Of a stretch of DNA of 64,000 bases, positions 60,964 to 64,000 are shown piece after piece. This DNA is from Takakia lepidozioides (Eukaryota; Plantae; Bryophyta): positions 53,382,001 through 53,446,000 of the forward strand of contig CM060734.1 of NCBI GenBank assembly GCA_030704615.1, in the 5' to 3' direction. Each line of letters opens with the position of its first letter. Position 1 is the first letter of the stretch. The notes below the pieces were generated by a model. That model worked only from the letters and a program-made list of their open reading frames with translations, had not been told where the DNA came from and made no database searches. Both the position numbers and the translations under genes were made by a program.

Positions 60964-63900
60964 CTAGCATCCTGAGATTGAGCAGCTAGCGCTGCCCTTT
61001 CTGGATGATGAGTCTGAATCCTCAATAGATACTCCCAAGTTGGCCAGGGTGTCTCTCAGCTGTTGCACCCTTGATGGACAATTAATAAAGGCATCAACTC
61101 CTGCATCGACGCCTTGCTCCATCCAGTCATCCATGCATGCCAAACTCCACCTACATTATTACCACCACGTCCCAACAGTCAGAAATAAATCCTGTTGCTG
61201 AAGGCTAACCCACTGTATAGGCCACACACGGACAATACAAAATCTTGTGGTGCCTGAAAGGAGTCATCAGCACACAAAGACTCCCCTAATGGCTTCAGAA
61301 GCTCATCCAACTACCTCATGAGAGAGAGAGATAGGTTGCTATGTCATTGTGAAGACCTTCACTCTTCAAACTTCCATTACCAAACATCCATTGTCAGAAA
61401 TTTAGTCCACTGATGGATCTTTATTCACTGAAGAGCATACCTGTCAAGCTCCGTGACTGCTACGATGAGTACTCGTGGCATCAAGGCTGGGCTAACAAAC
61501 TCGCTGCGCTCCACATCCCGTATGTCGTACACAGCTGCAAAGTCATCAGCGCAGGCCACAGATAGGTCCATGAAAATAATGGAGAAGCCTTCAGGATCCA
61601 GCAAACTTTGCTCAAAGCGCCACAGAGCCTCCTTTGCGCTGCAAGCACATGAAACCTGAAACCAATCCCACCCGATGTTAGAGTGCCGTAGACAGATTTG
61701 TTGTGAGATTAGCACCCTACTGCTTATAATATGCAAGGGGTCGGCACCATTCATTACAGATCAACCTACAAATCTCAAGTAAAAGCACCACCATCAGCCA
61801 CTTTGCGCTCAACTCTTGTGAGCGTACCTCACAAGAACTTCACAGATCTACCCACTTAGCAAAACCAATCCTACCCTCAAGAAGTTTCAAAACTTCCTCT
61901 ATAAACAACACTCAACTTGCAGAAACTTCTGGTTTTACATACCTCAAATCCACAGCGCTCCAGCATCAGGGTTAATGCTTTACGCCCACTGGCCCGACGG
62001 TCTACTACCAATACCCTGGAATGGCTTCGACCAGTAAGTTCGTCTCCAACACCTGTATCTGATGAAAACAGCGACCCTTGGTCACTCGCACACCAATCTG
62101 CAGTGCAGACAAGTCACAAAATAACCCTAGTCAATCCTATGGGGCATTTCGTTTCTGGGGCATCTTGGCACAACTAGCACAAGAACCTTAAACGGATCAC
62201 TATACTGTACGCGCATTGCTGAAACCTCGCGTACATACTAGGTAGATTACCCATCAATCATAAGAATTGTACATCAGACTGCCCTACCTTGGGAACATAC
62301 GGAAGTGCCTGTTGAGGCAGAGATGACTGGATCCAAAAACGCAAGGCCGTCCGCACCAGCATCTGAATGAGGGGAGGGGGGTTGGTCCAGGAATACTGAG
62401 ACTTGATCTACACTGCTCCTAGGGCTGTCATCACCACAACTCAGACGGTCTTCTGCATTTCATAAGGCATACATACAATCAGTAACTGGGTCTGGCAGAA
62501 CATGCCATTTATACAAAACACCTGAGAAAGAAAAGGATGAATGCATCAAGAACTCAGCTAGAAAGAGGGGAAGAAACTGCAAACAACCATCTGATGGAAG
62601 CCTGAATGAAAGCCAAAACCCTGTGGATCACAAGAGGAAAGACGGAAAGGAAAGGTAGGCAGGCAGGCTGACCAGCCCCACAGATAAATAGATTGAGAAA
62701 CATGAAGGGAGCCACAGAACAAGCAGAGATGGCAGCAGAAAGGATGATACCTTCAGAGTCAAGGTCCCTGATTTCCTCCAAAGTAGGAAGGGTGGATTCC
62801 AGCTGCACCCCGGCAGTAGTCAGAGGCATAACCACACACATGGCACCGCTCACTACCCCCACGGGATTTGTCCGCGTACTGGCAAACAGAAGAACCTTGA
62901 CAGACTGCCCACACTTGGTCTTCAAGTTCCATATCTCCCCAGCAGAGTCCTGGCCATCCAAGGCCCCTTTCAGCATATCCTCACAACCCCTGCCATAAAC
63001 AAGCTTCTCCATGTAAGATCGATCACAACTCAAGGTTGTAGATGCATATTGCGGAGCAAATCAATATATAGGACATAAATGCTTTGTAGGAGGCTCCAAA
63101 GCTTTTCCTTCATGAAGAAGTTGTAGCGTCAAAGCCGAATCCTTCAAACTACATAGAACCAGGCTTCAAACCAAGGCTTGCATGGCAACTTACTTTTGAT
63201 CGCCTGGTGACTGGGGGCTGAAGACTGAAGCCAGAAAGTCCGGCATGGTGGCAACATCAGACTCAAGCCAGCCACTGAGATCAGCAGCGCGCCTGACACA
63301 TTCAGATCAAACAATCTGTCAGCAAAAAGGCATCCCCGTGTCTGCTAATGTTGTAAAGAACCCAGAAACGAAAACACTTCAAGACCTCGAAACTCGTCGA
63401 CAACATTGCGGGTTTCCACGCAGTCCCTTTCAAGTAAGCAACATCCATTCGATTGACGTCATCTATACGATGACTAGAGGTGAAGACGAAGGAAACCCCG
63501 ACTATAAGATCTGTGGGTTGTACCATCCTCGTCCGCTATCTGGAGAAAGATCTCGAACGGCAACAACGGCCAGGCTGTGAAGAGTTATTATACAGACAAC
63601 AGCACCGTAACGGACTCATGCGAGAGGGATCTCGGATGGGACCCAAAGTACTACAATATAAGCTTTCGGAAAAGGTAGATGTGCACAAACACACTATTTT
63701 CGTCGGACCTTGAGGTAACAGATGCTTCAATCTAACAGTTGTGAAAGGTATTTTGCTATCATCTCATTCCCAAAGCCCTCTGCTGAAACCGATAGACACT
63801 CACTTGTTCCACAACACACAGCGCATGTTACAATCAACAGCAAACGCAGGAACAGGCAGCTCATCGACATAGACAAACGCATCAGTGCCAAGGGCTTTCT

Positions 63901-64000
63901 CCCCCGTGACTGGAATGGGCCGGGGACCCGCAAGCTCCAGCACAAAGTCCAGTGCTTCCCGCTGGTAATCCTCCTCAGTGAGTTTATCGTTAGCCTCCAA
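60964..64000 (-). CDS. PAS domain + C-terminal atypical response-regulator receiver protein (5' end outside the window)
   Basis: Exons >64000-63804, 63292-63194, 62989-62751, 62452-62288, 62097-61943, 61655-61441 and 61150-60964 join in frame. PAS text LPVPAFAVDCNMRCVLWNKRAADLSGW..LKTKCGQSVKVLLFASTR..GAMCVV. Receiver text RVLVVDR..IIFMD..IVAVT..AGVDAFINCP. Confidence 0.85.

Overview
This is eukaryotic nuclear DNA from an intron-rich, gene-dense land plant. The transposon families look bryophyte-like (a hornwort is plausible), but the species cannot be fixed from sequence alone. The prokaryote-style ORF track captures only exon pieces, so gene models were rebuilt by hand from GT/GC-AG splice sites. 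The first ~12 kb is a decayed Mutator-like (MULE/SWIM) transposon complex with a convergent accessory gene. Its transposase is split by a 4.4-kb gag/PHD-finger element that has TG...CA ends and a 4-bp TSD but no matching LTR pair. Host genes follow: a GH28 polygalacturonase (+), the PP6/FyPP phosphatase catalytic subunit (-, two consecutive GC-AG introns), UTP7/WDR46 (-), an MscS-like channel (-, with a 4.1-kb LINE in an intron and signs of local assembly error), uracil-DNA glycosylase (+), a small NZF zinc-finger ORF, a degenerate SKP1, an SMP-C2 lipid-transfer protein (-), and a 5'-truncated PAS + atypical receiver gene (-). Introns and intergenic DNA carry LINE ends sharing one 3' stem-loop tail, a tRNA-derived SINE family, MITE-like elements and a captured inverted UTP7 exon fragment.
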